Assembly: GCA_038087875.1 (NCBI GenBank) | Contig: JAXLNO010000300.1 | Span: 1 to 40,123 of the forward strand | DNA from: Malacoraja senta | Taxonomy: Eukaryota | Length of the DNA stretch: 40,123 nucleotides | Direction: 5' to 3' | Shown: piece by piece, positions 1-10,400 of the stretch | How the letters are laid out: each line of letters opens with the position of its first letter | Position numbering within the stretch: the first letter of the stretch is position 1 | Notes under the pieces: generated by a model | The model's database searches: none | The model's input: the letters and a program-made list of their open reading frames with translations, nothing else | Told to the model about the DNA's origin: nothing | Made by a program: the position numbers and the translations under genes

Positions 1-2774
1 GCCGGATTTGTGGCGATCTTGCCGGAATTGTGGCGACATTGCCGGAAATATGGCGATCTCGCCGGATTTATGGCGACCGTGCCGGATTTATGGCGACCTT
101 GCCGGGAACATGGCGACCTCGCTGGATTTGTGGCGACCTTGCCGGATTTATGGCTACCTCGCCGGCTTTATGGCGACCTTGCCGGATTTGTGGCGACCTT
201 GCCGAATGTATGGCGACCTTGACGGAAAGATGGCGACCTTGCTGGATTTGTGGCGACCTTGCCGGAAATATGGCGAACTTGCCGGTAATATAGCGACCTG
301 GCCGGATTTATGGCAACCTTGCCGGAAATATGGCGACCTTGCCGGAAATATGGCGACCTTGTCGGATTTGTGGCGACCTTGCCGGATTTGTGGCGACCTT
401 GCCGGAAATATGTCGACCTTGCCGGATTTGTGGCGAACTTTCCGGATTTATGGCGACCGTCGGAAATATGGCGACAATGCCGGATTTGTGGCGACCTTTC
501 CGGAAATATGGCGACCTTGCTGGAAATATGGGGACCTTGCCGTATTTGTGGCTACTTTGCCGGATTTATGGCGACTTTGCCGGAAATATGGCGACATTGC
601 CGGATTTGTGGCGACCTTGCCGGATTTATGACGACCTTGCCGGATTTGTGGCGACCTTGCCGGAAATATGGCGACCTCGACGGATTTGTGGCGACCTTGC
701 CGGATTTATGGAGACCTTGCCGTAAATATGGCGACCTCGCCGGACTTGTGGCGACCTTGCCGTATTTATGGCGACCTTGCCGGGAAATATGGCGACCTTA
801 CCGGATTTGTGGCGTCCTTGCCGGAAATATTGCGACGTTGCTGGAAATATGGGGACCTTGCCGGATTTGTGGTGACCTTGCCGGAAATATGGCGACCTTG
901 CCGGAAATATGGCGACCTTGCCTGGAAATATAGCGACCTGCCGGATTTATGGCAAACTTGCCGGAAATATGGCGACCTTGCCGGAAATATGGCGACCTTG
1001 TCGGATTTGTGGCGACCTTGCCGGATTTGTGGCGACCATGTCGGAAATATGGCGACAATGCCGGATTTGTGGCGACCTTGCCGGAAATATGGCGACCTTG
1101 CCGGAAATATGGCGACCTTGTCGGGATTTGTGGCGACCTTGCCGGATTTTGTGGCGACCTTGCCGGAAATATGTCGACCTTGCCGGATTTGTGGCGAACT
1201 TTCCGGATTTATGGCGACCGTCGGAAATATGGCGACAATGCCGGATTTGTGGCGACCTTTCGGAAATATGGCGACCTTGCTGGAAATATGGGGACCTTGC
1301 CGTATTTGTGGCTACTTTGCCGGATTTATGGCGACTTTGCCGGAAATATGGCGACATTGCCGGATTTGTGGCGACTGCCGGATTTATGACGACCTTGCCG
1401 GATTTGTGGCGACCTTGCCGGAAATATGGCGACCTCGACGGATTTGTGGGCGACCTTGCCGGATTTATGGAGACCTTGCCGTAAATATGGCGACCTCGCC
1501 GGACTTGTGGCGACCTTGCCGTATTTATGGCGACCTTGCCGGAAATATGGCGACCTTACCGGATTTGTGGCGTCCTTGCCGGAAATATTGCGACGTTGCT
1601 GGAAATATGGGGACCTTGCCGGATTTGTGGTGACCTTGCCGGAAATATGGCGACCTTGCCGGAAATATGGCGACCTTGCCGGAAATTATAGCGACCTGGC
1701 CGGATTTATGGCAAACTTGCCGGAAATATGGCGACCTTGCCGGAAATATGGCGACCTTGTCGGATTTGTGGCGACCTTGCCGGATTTGTGGCGACCATGT
1801 CGGAAATATGGCGACAATGCCGGATTTGTGGCGACCTTGCCGGAAATATGGCGACCTTGCTGGAAATATGGGGACCTTGCCGTATTTGTGGCTACCTTGC
1901 CGGATTTATGGCGACTTTGCCGGAAATATGGCGACATTGCCGGATTTGTGGCGACCTTGCCGGATTTATCACGACCTTGCCGGATTTGTGGCGACCTTGC
2001 CGGAAATATGGCGACCTCGCTGGATTTGTGGCGACCTTGCCGGATTTATGGCGACCTTGCCGTAAATATGGCGACCTCGCCGGACTTGTGGCGACCTTGC
2101 CGGATTTATGGCGACCTTGCCGGAAATATGGCGACCTTGCCGGTTTGTGGCGACCTTGCCGGAAATATTGCGACCTTGCTGGAAATATGGGGACCTTGCC
2201 GGATTTGTGGCGACATTGCCGGAAATAATGGCGACCTTGCCGGAAATATAGCGACATTGCCGGATTTGTGGCGACCTTGCCGGATTTATGGCGACCTTGC
2301 CGGATTTGTGGCGACCTTGCCGGAAATATTGCGACCTTGCTGGAAATATGGGGACCTTGCCGTATTTGTGGCGACCTTGCCGGATTTATGACGACCTTGT
2401 TGGATTTGTGGCGACCTTGCCGGATTAATGCTACCTTGCCTGAAAAATGGCGACCTCGCCGGGTTTGTGACGGCCTTGCCGGATATATTGCGACCATGCT
2501 GGGAATATGGGGACCTTGCCGTATTTGTGGCGACCTTGCCGGATTTATGGCGACTTTTCCGGAAATATGGCGCCATTGCCGGATTTGAGGCGGCCTTGCC
2601 GGATTTATGACGACCTTGCCGGATTTGTGGCGACCTTGCCGGAAATAAGGCGATCTCGCCGGATTTGTGGCGACCTTGCCGGATTTATGGCGACCTCGCC
2701 GGAAATATGGCGAAATCGCCGGATTTATGGCGACCTTGCCGGATTTGTGGCGATCTCGCCGGAAATATGGCGAC
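1..2774. repeat. 20-bp tandem satellite array, left segment (continues beyond window start)
   Basis: Continuous head-to-tail copies of GGCGACCTTGCCGGA(TTTGT|TTTAT|AATAT) with point variants and occasional small indels; ends at ...ATATGGCGAC immediately before the LTR TG. Confidence 0.98.
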
Positions 2775-2977
2775 TGTAGATGAGATATGCATGTGCCTTT
2801 AACATAGTGACCTCATACCCACTAACCACTCCCCATATCACAAGTATAACTACAACCTCCACACCCACAGATCGCTCTCTAGTTCCTGTGACAGACCACG
2901 TACAGCTAGTGCAATGTATAATGTCCAGTATGAATAAAGATAGTAAAGTAACGATGCCTCGTTATCAATCCTTTACA
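2775..2977 (+). repeat. 5' LTR (203 bp, TGTA...TACA)
   Basis: Starts TGTAGA, ends TTTACA, is followed directly by the TGG of the PBS, contains AATAAA at 2933-2938, and is repeated at 7299. Confidence 0.95.
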
Positions 2978-2985
2978 TGGTGTCA
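2978..2985 (+). promoter_or_regulatory. Primer-binding site TGGTGTCA, consistent with the 3' end of tRNA-Leu
   Basis: TGG (complement of CCA) abuts the 5' LTR end. TGGTGTCA complements the ...UGACACCA end of vertebrate tRNA-Leu(CAA/CAG). Only 8 nt match, so the tRNA identity is tentative. Confidence 0.7.
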
Positions 2986-3070
2986 AATAACTTACCTTGC
3001 GCCTCCCGTTTATCGGTTTATCATTTAATTTTGACCCAGTTTTTTGTTTCCCCCCTAACTGTTTTTTGTT

Positions 3071-3985
3071 ATGGCCTCTTCTGCCCGTAAGCCCGATGCG
3101 CTCGTTTTTGATTTCGACATCGCCCTTCGATGGGACATATTCAAACGTGACTTTGAACACTATTTCACGATTGCCCATCCTGGCGCCACCCCCGCTCTCA
3201 AAGCCTCACTGCTTCTCAACTTTGGCTGGTCCCGAGGCCCTGACTCGCTCCGACTTCTTCGTCTACGCTGCTGGAGAAACAGCTCGGGACCCGGTATGTC
3301 TGGTGGCTAAGTTTGACGCTATTTGTGACATTCCGACTAATTGCATTTTAGAACGTTTTAAACTGTTCGCGCGGCGTCAGCTCCCTGGGGAATCTGCTGA
3401 GAACTATGTCATTGCGCTGCGGGACCTGGGCAGGCGCTGCCGCCTCGAGACGTGGACCCCCGATAATGTCATCAGGACCTACTGGTTTACGGTCTCCGTG
3501 ATGAGAAGCTCAGGTCCGAACTACTTCGCAAGCCGGATCTGACCTTGGCCGATGCAATGCACGCTACTCGCTTAGCTGACGCTGTTTCCGCGGCGGCGCC
3601 GCCGGCTGAACAGGCGATCAACTTTGCCAGCACTCCTAGCTATCTCATGAACGCACCCCAGTCGCGACCCCCGGTGTCGCTCGCTGCTCGAGGGGGACGC
3701 GCCCCGGGGTTCGGTGGTGCAACAAGGGGAGGCACTCAGCAAAGGTGCCTAATTGCAACTTCACAACTCATCAGTTCAATGTGTGCCCTGCTCTTGGAAA
3801 GAATTGCAACTCCTGCAATAAGTTGAACCATTTTGCTGCAGCTTGTCGTTCCCGTGGGAAGCCTGTCGCTGCTCAAAGGCAAAATTTAAACAACCTTCTA
3901 CAGTCGGATAATGATCTCAGCTCCCAGCACTATTCCGATGAACATTCTGTTCCTACATCTAACTCCTCTCAGGGGAAACCAGCTT
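3071..3985 (+). pseudogene. gag: Retrotransposon gag, split over several frames, with two CX2CX4HX4C zinc knuckles
   Basis: Joining frames gives MASSARKPD...WDIFKRDF...LLLN/LAGPEAL...ERFKLFARRQLPGESAENYVIALRDL...IR/DLLVYGLRDEKLRSELLRKPDLTL...RC/PNCNFTTHQFNVCPALGKNCNSCNKLNHFAAAC. Frame switches near 3222, 3476 and 3748. Confidence 0.85.
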
Positions 3986-6497
3986 GTTTACCGTGGTGGA
4001 CGCACCTGCTATGATAACGGATCCTTCTGTGCAAGTCACTGTGAACAACTCGACCTTCACGGCCAAAATCGACACTGGGGCGGTTACCAATGTTATGTCA
4101 ACATCTCTTTTCAACCAGATAAGGACTAATGAGCAGATATTTTCTCAGAGCTCAAACCTGCATGCCTACGGTGGGGAGATCCTTACTCCTGTGGGCAAGG
4201 CCACACTACACTGTAAGATACTGAAGGCCACTCGGCCCCTCACCTTCTTTCTCCTCAATCGAAGTTGCGTTCCCCTGCTGGGGATCCAGGCATGCCAGGA
4301 AATGGGACTGGTGTCCTTCCACCGGGACATCCACCACGTGCAGGCTCTTATGGACCCGCTGGCCGAGTATCCCGACCGCTTTGATGATAAGCTAGGCAAA
4401 CTACCCTGCAGCTACAAGATTGAAGTGGACCATAAGATCGTTCCTGTGGTCCATGCTCCTCACCGTATTTCCTTCGCCATGAGGGACAAAGTGGAGGCGA
4501 CCCTACACAGTATGGTACAAATGGGCGTCCTAAAGGCGGTCGTCGAGCCCACCAGCTGGGTCTCTTCCATGGTTGTTGCTGCTAAAAAGGACATGAGTGA
4601 GATACGCATCTGCATCAAACCCAGAGACCTCAACCTGGCCATTCGGCGCCCTCACTACCCTATGAGAACGGTGGAAGACGTCGCTGCACGGGTTGGTCCA
4701 GCAACGGTCTTTTCGGTCCTCGATGCCAAGAGCTCATTCTGGCAGATACCACTGGACGAGCGGTCGTCCATTTTGACAACCTTCGCCACCCCCTACGGAA
4801 GGTTTCGGTTCCTCCGAATACCCTTCGGAATCAACTCTGCCAGTGAGGTCTTCCAGCGAACCATGGAACAGTTGTTTTCAGATCTGCCTTGCGCCATAAT
4901 TGTTGACGACATCCTCGTTTACGGTAAGAATGTTGCCGAACACGATGTCAACCTCCGCCGGATCCTGGACCGGGCCAGGCAAATCAACTTGAAACTGAAC
5001 CCCAAGAAGTGCCGATTCCGCGTCTCGGAGGTCACCTATGTTGGACATGTATTCACCGCTGAGGGGCTAAAGCCAGACCCGCAGAAAACGGCTGCCATCT
5101 CAGGGATGCCCCCTCCTACTAACGTGGCAGGCCTGCAACGCTTCCTCGGCTTGGTAAACTACCTGGGGAAGTTCATCCCCGACCTAAGCGAGCTCAGCGC
5201 TCCCCTGAGGGATCTTATCAAAAAGGACACTTCCTGGCTTTGGTTACCCAATCATCAGAAGGCATTTGACATTCTTAAGTCTAAACTGATCAGCACACCC
5301 ACGCTCAAGTTCTTTGACCTGCGGCATCCCATTGTCCTCACCTGCGACGCCTCTCAATTCGGACTCGGTGCCGCCTGCCTCCAGGTCCATGACGGCCTGC
5401 AGCTGCCTGTCTCATTCGCGTCCCGCACCATGACCGCCACCGAACAGCACTACGCGCAGGAGCTACTGGCCGTGGTGTTTGCCTGCTCCAAATTCTGGGA
5501 CTACATCGTGGGCAACACTTTCACCGTTGAAACTGACCATCAACCACTTGTTACCATCCTCAACAAACCAATCCATGTGGCCTCATCACGTCTGCAGTGC
5601 ATGCTGCTGCAGCTCCAGCGTTTCACGTTCACGGTGATTTATCGTAAGGGGAAGGACATGTTCGTAGCCGACACGTTGTCTCGCGCCCCGCTGACGTCCA
5701 CTGCTCGCCACCAATACGAAATGTCCGAGTTACTAGTACTACGATTGAACTTCGTCCCCTCGCCACAGATGAAGTCCCTGGTTGAACACACTACCAACGA
5801 CCCTGCCCTGCAACAGCTGTCTGCCGTCATCCGGCAGGGCTGGCCTGACCGTCGCTCGGCACTGCCGGCTGGAGCCGTGCCTTACTTCCTGATTCGGGAC
5901 GAGCTCGTATTGCACGACGGCGTGGTTGTGAAGGGTCACAAAGTGGTCGTGCCCGCGGCGCTGCACGACCACTATTTTCAAGTCGCACACCGCGGTCACA
6001 CTGGGGCCGAAGCCACTTTGTCTCTCGCCAAGGCCCAGTTCTATTGGCCGGATATGGCAAAGTACATCCGGGAGAGGGTCTCATCGTGTTCCACCTGCAA
6101 CAGCCGCGCCCCCCATCAGCAGCGTCAGCCGCTTCTACAGCAGCCCGCGCCCGGACTGCCCTGGATGGCGCTCGCCACAGACATTTTCGAGTGGCGGGGC
6201 AAACATTTCCTGGTACTCGTTGTCTTCTACTCCAGCTGGTTTGCGGTTGACCGGCTGCCTTCCGTGACATCTTCGGCCGTCATCGACAGGTTATACCCTC
6301 ACTTTAGCACTTTTGGCCCCCGGCAAGCTTGCAGTCGGACAATGGCAGCCAGTTCACGAGCTCCGAGTTTAAAGCGTTCTCTTCCAGATGGAACTTTCGC
6401 CATTTCACAAGCAGCTCGGAGTACCCGCAAAACAACGTTTGGCCGAGCGCGCGGTACGCAGTGCAAAGCACCTGTTGGAACAGCGTGGTGGCATTAA
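3984..6497 (+). CDS. pol: Retrotransposon pol main ORF: aspartic protease, reverse transcriptase, RNase H, integrase N-terminal part
   Basis: IDTGA (4071); LDAKSSFWQ, PFGINSASEVFQ and IVDDILVYG (4902-4910); RNase H CDASQFGLGA/ELLA/ETDHQPL/ADTLSR; integrase H-RG-H...CSTC and ATDIF. Goes out of frame near 6318. Confidence 0.92.
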   Translation: MFTVVDAPAMITDPSVQVTVNNSTFTAKIDTGAVTNVMSTSLFNQIRTNEQIFSQSSNLHAYGGEILTPVGKATLHCKILKATRPLTFFLLNRSCVPLLGIQACQEMGLVSFHRDIHHVQALMDPLAEYPDRFDDKLGKLPCSYKIEVDHKIVPVVHAPHRISFAMRDKVEATLHSMVQMGVLKAVVEPTSWVSSMVVAAKKDMSEIRICIKPRDLNLAIRRPHYPMRTVEDVAARVGPATVFSVLDAKSSFWQIPLDERSSILTTFATPYGRFRFLRIPFGINSASEVFQRTMEQLFSDLPCAIIVDDILVYGKNVAEHDVNLRRILDRARQINLKLNPKKCRFRVSEVTYVGHVFTAEGLKPDPQKTAAISGMPPPTNVAGLQRFLGLVNYLGKFIPDLSELSAPLRDLIKKDTSWLWLPNHQKAFDILKSKLISTPTLKFFDLRHPIVLTCDASQFGLGAACLQVHDGLQLPVSFASRTMTATEQHYAQELLAVVFACSKFWDYIVGNTFTVETDHQPLVTILNKPIHVASSRLQCMLLQLQRFTFTVIYRKGKDMFVADTLSRAPLTSTARHQYEMSELLVLRLNFVPSPQMKSLVEHTTNDPALQQLSAVIRQGWPDRRSALPAGAVPYFLIRDELVLHDGVVVKGHKVVVPAALHDHYFQVAHRGHTGAEATLSLAKAQFYWPDMAKYIRERVSSCSTCNSRAPHQQRQPLLQQPAPGLPWMALATDIFEWRGKHFLVLVVFYSSWFAVDRLPSVTSSAVIDRLYPHFSTFGPRQACSRTMAASSRAPSLKRSLPDGTFAISQAARSTRKTTFGRARGTQCKAPVGTAWWH

Positions 6498-7229
6498 CTC
6501 GACTTCCACCTGGCCCTCCTCAGCCTTCGAAACATTTCCCGCGACCCTGCCATGGGTTCACCTGCTCAGCGGCTCCTGTCTCGCGCTACCAGGCTCCCAC
6601 TCCCGGTGGCCCAGCGATCCCTCATACCCTCGGTCCTTCCACCTGCGGCGGTTCAGAAACGAATTGCCTTCAGGCAAGACGTCCAAAAGCGGTCCCATGA
6701 CAGGTCCTGCCACCCGCTGCCGCCCCTCTTCCCCGGTCAAGTAGTCCGTATGCAGACCACTCCCGGTCACTCCAAGCTCGCTACTGTCGTCGGCTCTGCG
6801 GGGTCGCCCAGGTCCTATGTCGTCGACTACGCTGGGACCATTTACCGACGGTCCCGCCAGCACCTTCGGCTCGTCCACGAGCCGCGTCCTCCTGCCGCCG
6901 ATCCCTTTGCTCCCCCGCTGCCTGTTTCGCGTCCGGCCGTTGCCCTGCCCGTGATTCCTGACATGCCTCGCTCTGCTCCTCCTTCGCCCCCTCCGCTCCA
7001 ACACACTCCGACTAGTCCTCGCTCGCCCCCTCGCGCTCTTCCCGGTCCCGGCCCCGCATCCCCTCCGGTTTCGGTGCCGCGGTCTCTTCCGTTTCCTCCC
7101 GTTTCCCCCTTTCAGGTTCGTCTGTCCCCGCTGGTGCCTCTTCCTCCTGCAGGAAGGGTGGATGGCGAGACGCGAACCCGGGCGGGACGTCTTGTCAAAC
7201 CGCCTGACCGCTATGGCGATGTTGCCTAG
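6318..7229 (+). pseudogene. Integrase core remainder and proline-rich C-terminal tail (frameshifted)
   Basis: QSDNGSQFTSSEF...SSSEYPQNN (frame of 6329), LAERAVRSAK (frame of 6388), then LALLSLRNI...MGSPAQRLLSR...TRTRAGRLVKPPDRYGD (frame of 6552, stop at 7229). Together these complete the D-D-E triad. Confidence 0.85.
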
Positions 7230-7286
7230 CTATCCTAGCGCATGAGCCGTGGTCGCCATGTCACCTTTGTATTTACCTGTCGTTTC

Positions 7287-7298
7287 GGAGAGGAAGGA
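7287..7298 (+). promoter_or_regulatory. Polypurine tract GGAGAGGAAGGA
   Basis: 12 consecutive purines immediately upstream of the 3' LTR TG. Confidence 0.9.
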
Positions 7299-7494
7299 TG
7301 TAGATGAGATATGCATGTGCCTTTAACATAGTGACCTCATACCCACTAACCACTCCCCATATCACAAGTATAACTACAACCTCCACACCCACAGATCGCT
7401 CTCTAGTTCCTGTGACAGACCACGTACAGCTGGTGCAATGTATAATGTCCAGTATGAATAAACATAGTAAAGTAACGATGCCTCGTTATCAATC
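7299..7494 (+). repeat. 3' LTR, missing its last 7 bp
   Basis: Matches 2775-2970 except A2908/G7432 and G2939/C7463; lacks the terminal CTTTACA; AATAAA at 7457-7462. Confidence 0.95.
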
Positions 7495-10400
7495 GCCTGA
7501 TTTGTGGCGACCGTGCCGGATTTATGGCGACCTTGCTGGAAATATGGCGACCTCGCCGGATTTGTGGCGACCTTGCCGGATTTGAGGCGAACTTGCCGGA
7601 AATATGGCGACCTCGCCGGATTTGTGGCGACCTTGCCGGAATTGTAGCGACCTTGCCGGGGATATGGCCACCTCGCTGGATTTGTGGCGACCTTGCCGGA
7701 TTTATGGCTACCTCGCCGGCTTTATGGCGACCTTGCCGGATTTGTGGCGACCTTGCCGAATTTATGGCGACCTTGACGGAAAGATGGCGACCTTGCTGGA
7801 TTTGTGGCGACCTTGCCGGAAATATGGCGAACTTGCCGGTAATATAGCGACCTGGCCGGATTTATGGCAACCTTGCCGGAAATATGGCGACCTTGCCGGA
7901 AATATGGCGACCTTGCCGTATTTGTGGCGACCTTGCCGGATTTATGGCGACCTAGCCGGAAATATGGCGACCTTGCCGGATTTGCGGCGACATTGCCGGA
8001 AATATTGCGACCTTGCTGGAAATATGGTGACCTTGCCGGATTTGTGGCGACCTTGCCGGAAATATGGCGTCCTTGCCGGAAATATAGCGACATTGCCGGA
8101 TTTGTGGCGACCTTGCCGGATTTATGGGCGACCTTGTCGGAAATATGGCGACCTTGCCTGATTTGTGGCGACCTTGCCGGAAATATTGCGACCTTGCTGG
8201 AAATATGGGGACCTTGCCGTATTTGTGGCGACCTTGCCAGATTTATGGCGACTTTGCCGGAAATATGGCGACATTGCCGGATTTGAGGCGACATTGCCGG
8301 ATTATTGGCGGCCTTGCCGGAAATATGGCGACCTCGCCGGATTTGTGGCGACCATGCCGGATTTATGGCGACATTGCCGGAAATATGGCCACCTCGCCGG
8401 ATTTGTGGAGACCTTGTCGGATTTATGGCGACCTTTCCGGAAATATGGCGACCTTGCCGGAAATATGGCGACCTTGTCGGATTTGTGGCGACCTTGCCGG
8501 ATTTGTGGCGACCTTGCCGGAAATATGTCGACCTTGCCGGATTTGTGGCGAACATTCTGGATTTATGGCGACCGTCGGAAATATGGCGACAATGCCGGAT
8601 TTGTGGCGACTTTTCAGGAAATATGGCGACCTTGCTGGAAATATGGGGACCTTGCCGTATTTGTGGCTACCTTGCCGGATTTATGGCGACTTTGCCGGAA
8701 ATATGGCGACATTGCCGGATTTGTGGCGACATTGCCGGATTTATGACGACCTTGCCGGATTTGTGGCGACCTTGCCGGAAATATGGCGACCTCGCCGGAT
8801 TTGTGGCGACCTTGCCGGATTTATGGAGACTTTGTCGTAAATATGGCGACCTCGCCGGACTTGTGGCGACCTTGCCGGATTTATGGCGACCTTGCCGGAA
8901 ATATGGCGACATCACCGGATTTGTGGCGACCTTGCCGGAAATATTGCGACCTTGCTGGAAATATGGGGACCTTGCCGGATTTGTGGCGACCTTGCCGGAA
9001 ATATGGCGACCTTGCCGGAAATATGGCGACCTTGCCAGAAATATAGCGACCTGGCCGGATTTATGGCAAACTTGCCGGAAATATGGCGACCTTGCCGGAA
9101 ATATGGCGACCTTGTCGGATTTGTGGCGACCTTGCCGGATTTGTGGCGACCATGTCGGAAATATGGCGACAATGCCGGATTTGTGGCGACCTTGCCGGAA
9201 ATATGGCGACCTTGCTGGAAATATGCGGACCTTGCCGTATTTGTGGCTACCTTGCCGGATTTATGGCGACTTTGCCGGAAATATGGCGACATTGCCTTAT
9301 TTTTGGCGACCTTGCCGGATTTATCACAACCTTGCCGGATTTCTGGCGACCTTGCCGGAAATATTGCGACCTTGCTGGAAATATGGGGACCTTGTCGTAT
9401 TTGTGGCGACCTTGCCGGATTTATGACGACCTTGTTGGATTTGGGGCGACCTTGCCGGATTTATGACTACCTTGCCTGAAATATGGCGACCTCGCCGGGT
9501 TTGTGGCGGCCTTGCCGGATATATTGCGACCATGCTGGGAATATGGGGACCTTGCCGTATTTGTGGCGACCTTGCCGGATTTATGGCGACTTTTCCTGAA
9601 ATATGGCGCCATTGCCGGATTTGAGGCGGCCTTGCCGGATTTATGACGACCTTGCCGGATTTGTGGCGACCTTGCCGGAAATAAGGCGATCTCGCCGGAT
9701 TTGTGGCGACCTTGCCGGATTTATGGCGACCTCGCCGGAAATATGGCGAAATCGCCGGATTTATGGCGACCTTGCCGGATTTGTGGCGATCTCGCCTGAA
9801 ATATAGCGACCTCGCCTGATTTGTGGCGACCGTGCCGGATTTATGGCGACCTTGCTGGAAATATGGCGACCTCGCCGGATTTGTGGCGACCTTGCCGGAT
9901 TTGAGGCGAACTTGCCGGAAATATGGCGACCTCGCCGGATTTGTGGCGACCTTGCCGGAATTGTGGCGACATTGCCGGAAATATGGCGATCTCGCCGGAT
10001 TTGTGGCGACCTTGCCGGATTTATGGCGACCTTGCCGGAATTGTGGCGACATTGCCGGAAATATGGCGATCTCGCCGGATTTGTGGCGACCTTGCCGGAT
10101 TTATGGCGACCTTGCCGGATTTATGGCGACCTTGCCGGGGATATGGCCACCTCGCTGGATTTGTGGCGACCTTGCCGGATTCATGGCTACCTCGCCGGCT
10201 TTATGGCGACCTTGCCGGATTTGTGGCGACCTTGCCGAATTTATGACGACCTTGACGGAAAGATGGCGACCTTGCTGGATTTGTGGCGACCTTGCTGGAA
10301 ATATGGCGACCTTGCCGGAAATTTAGCGACCTGGCCGGATTTATGGCAACCTTGCTGGAAATATGGCGACCTTGCCGGAAAAATGGCGACCTTGTCGGAT

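Larger units (their letters stand above)
2775..7494 (+). mobile_element. Ty3/gypsy LTR retrotransposon, probably Mag-like clade, near full length (~4.7 kb)
   Basis: Paired LTRs at offset 4524, PBS, PPT, and domain order gag(2x CCHC)-protease-RT-RNaseH-integrase, which is the gypsy order. Short LTRs, tandem zinc knuckles and a C-terminal TRxGRxVxxPxRY motif suggest Mag-like; the clade call is inference. Confidence 0.95.

Noticed and set aside
2780..3028. 82-aa ORF duplicated at 7304-7585
   Set aside because: Simply a translation of the two LTRs; no protein features.
4166..7004. Antisense and alternative-frame ORFs inside pol (similar short ones at 33927-34511 inside the CR1)
   Set aside because: Shadow ORFs of retroelement coding sequence with no recognisable motifs.
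7230..7286. Possible env or additional ORF after integrase
   Set aside because: Only ~57 bp lie between the pol stop and the PPT.
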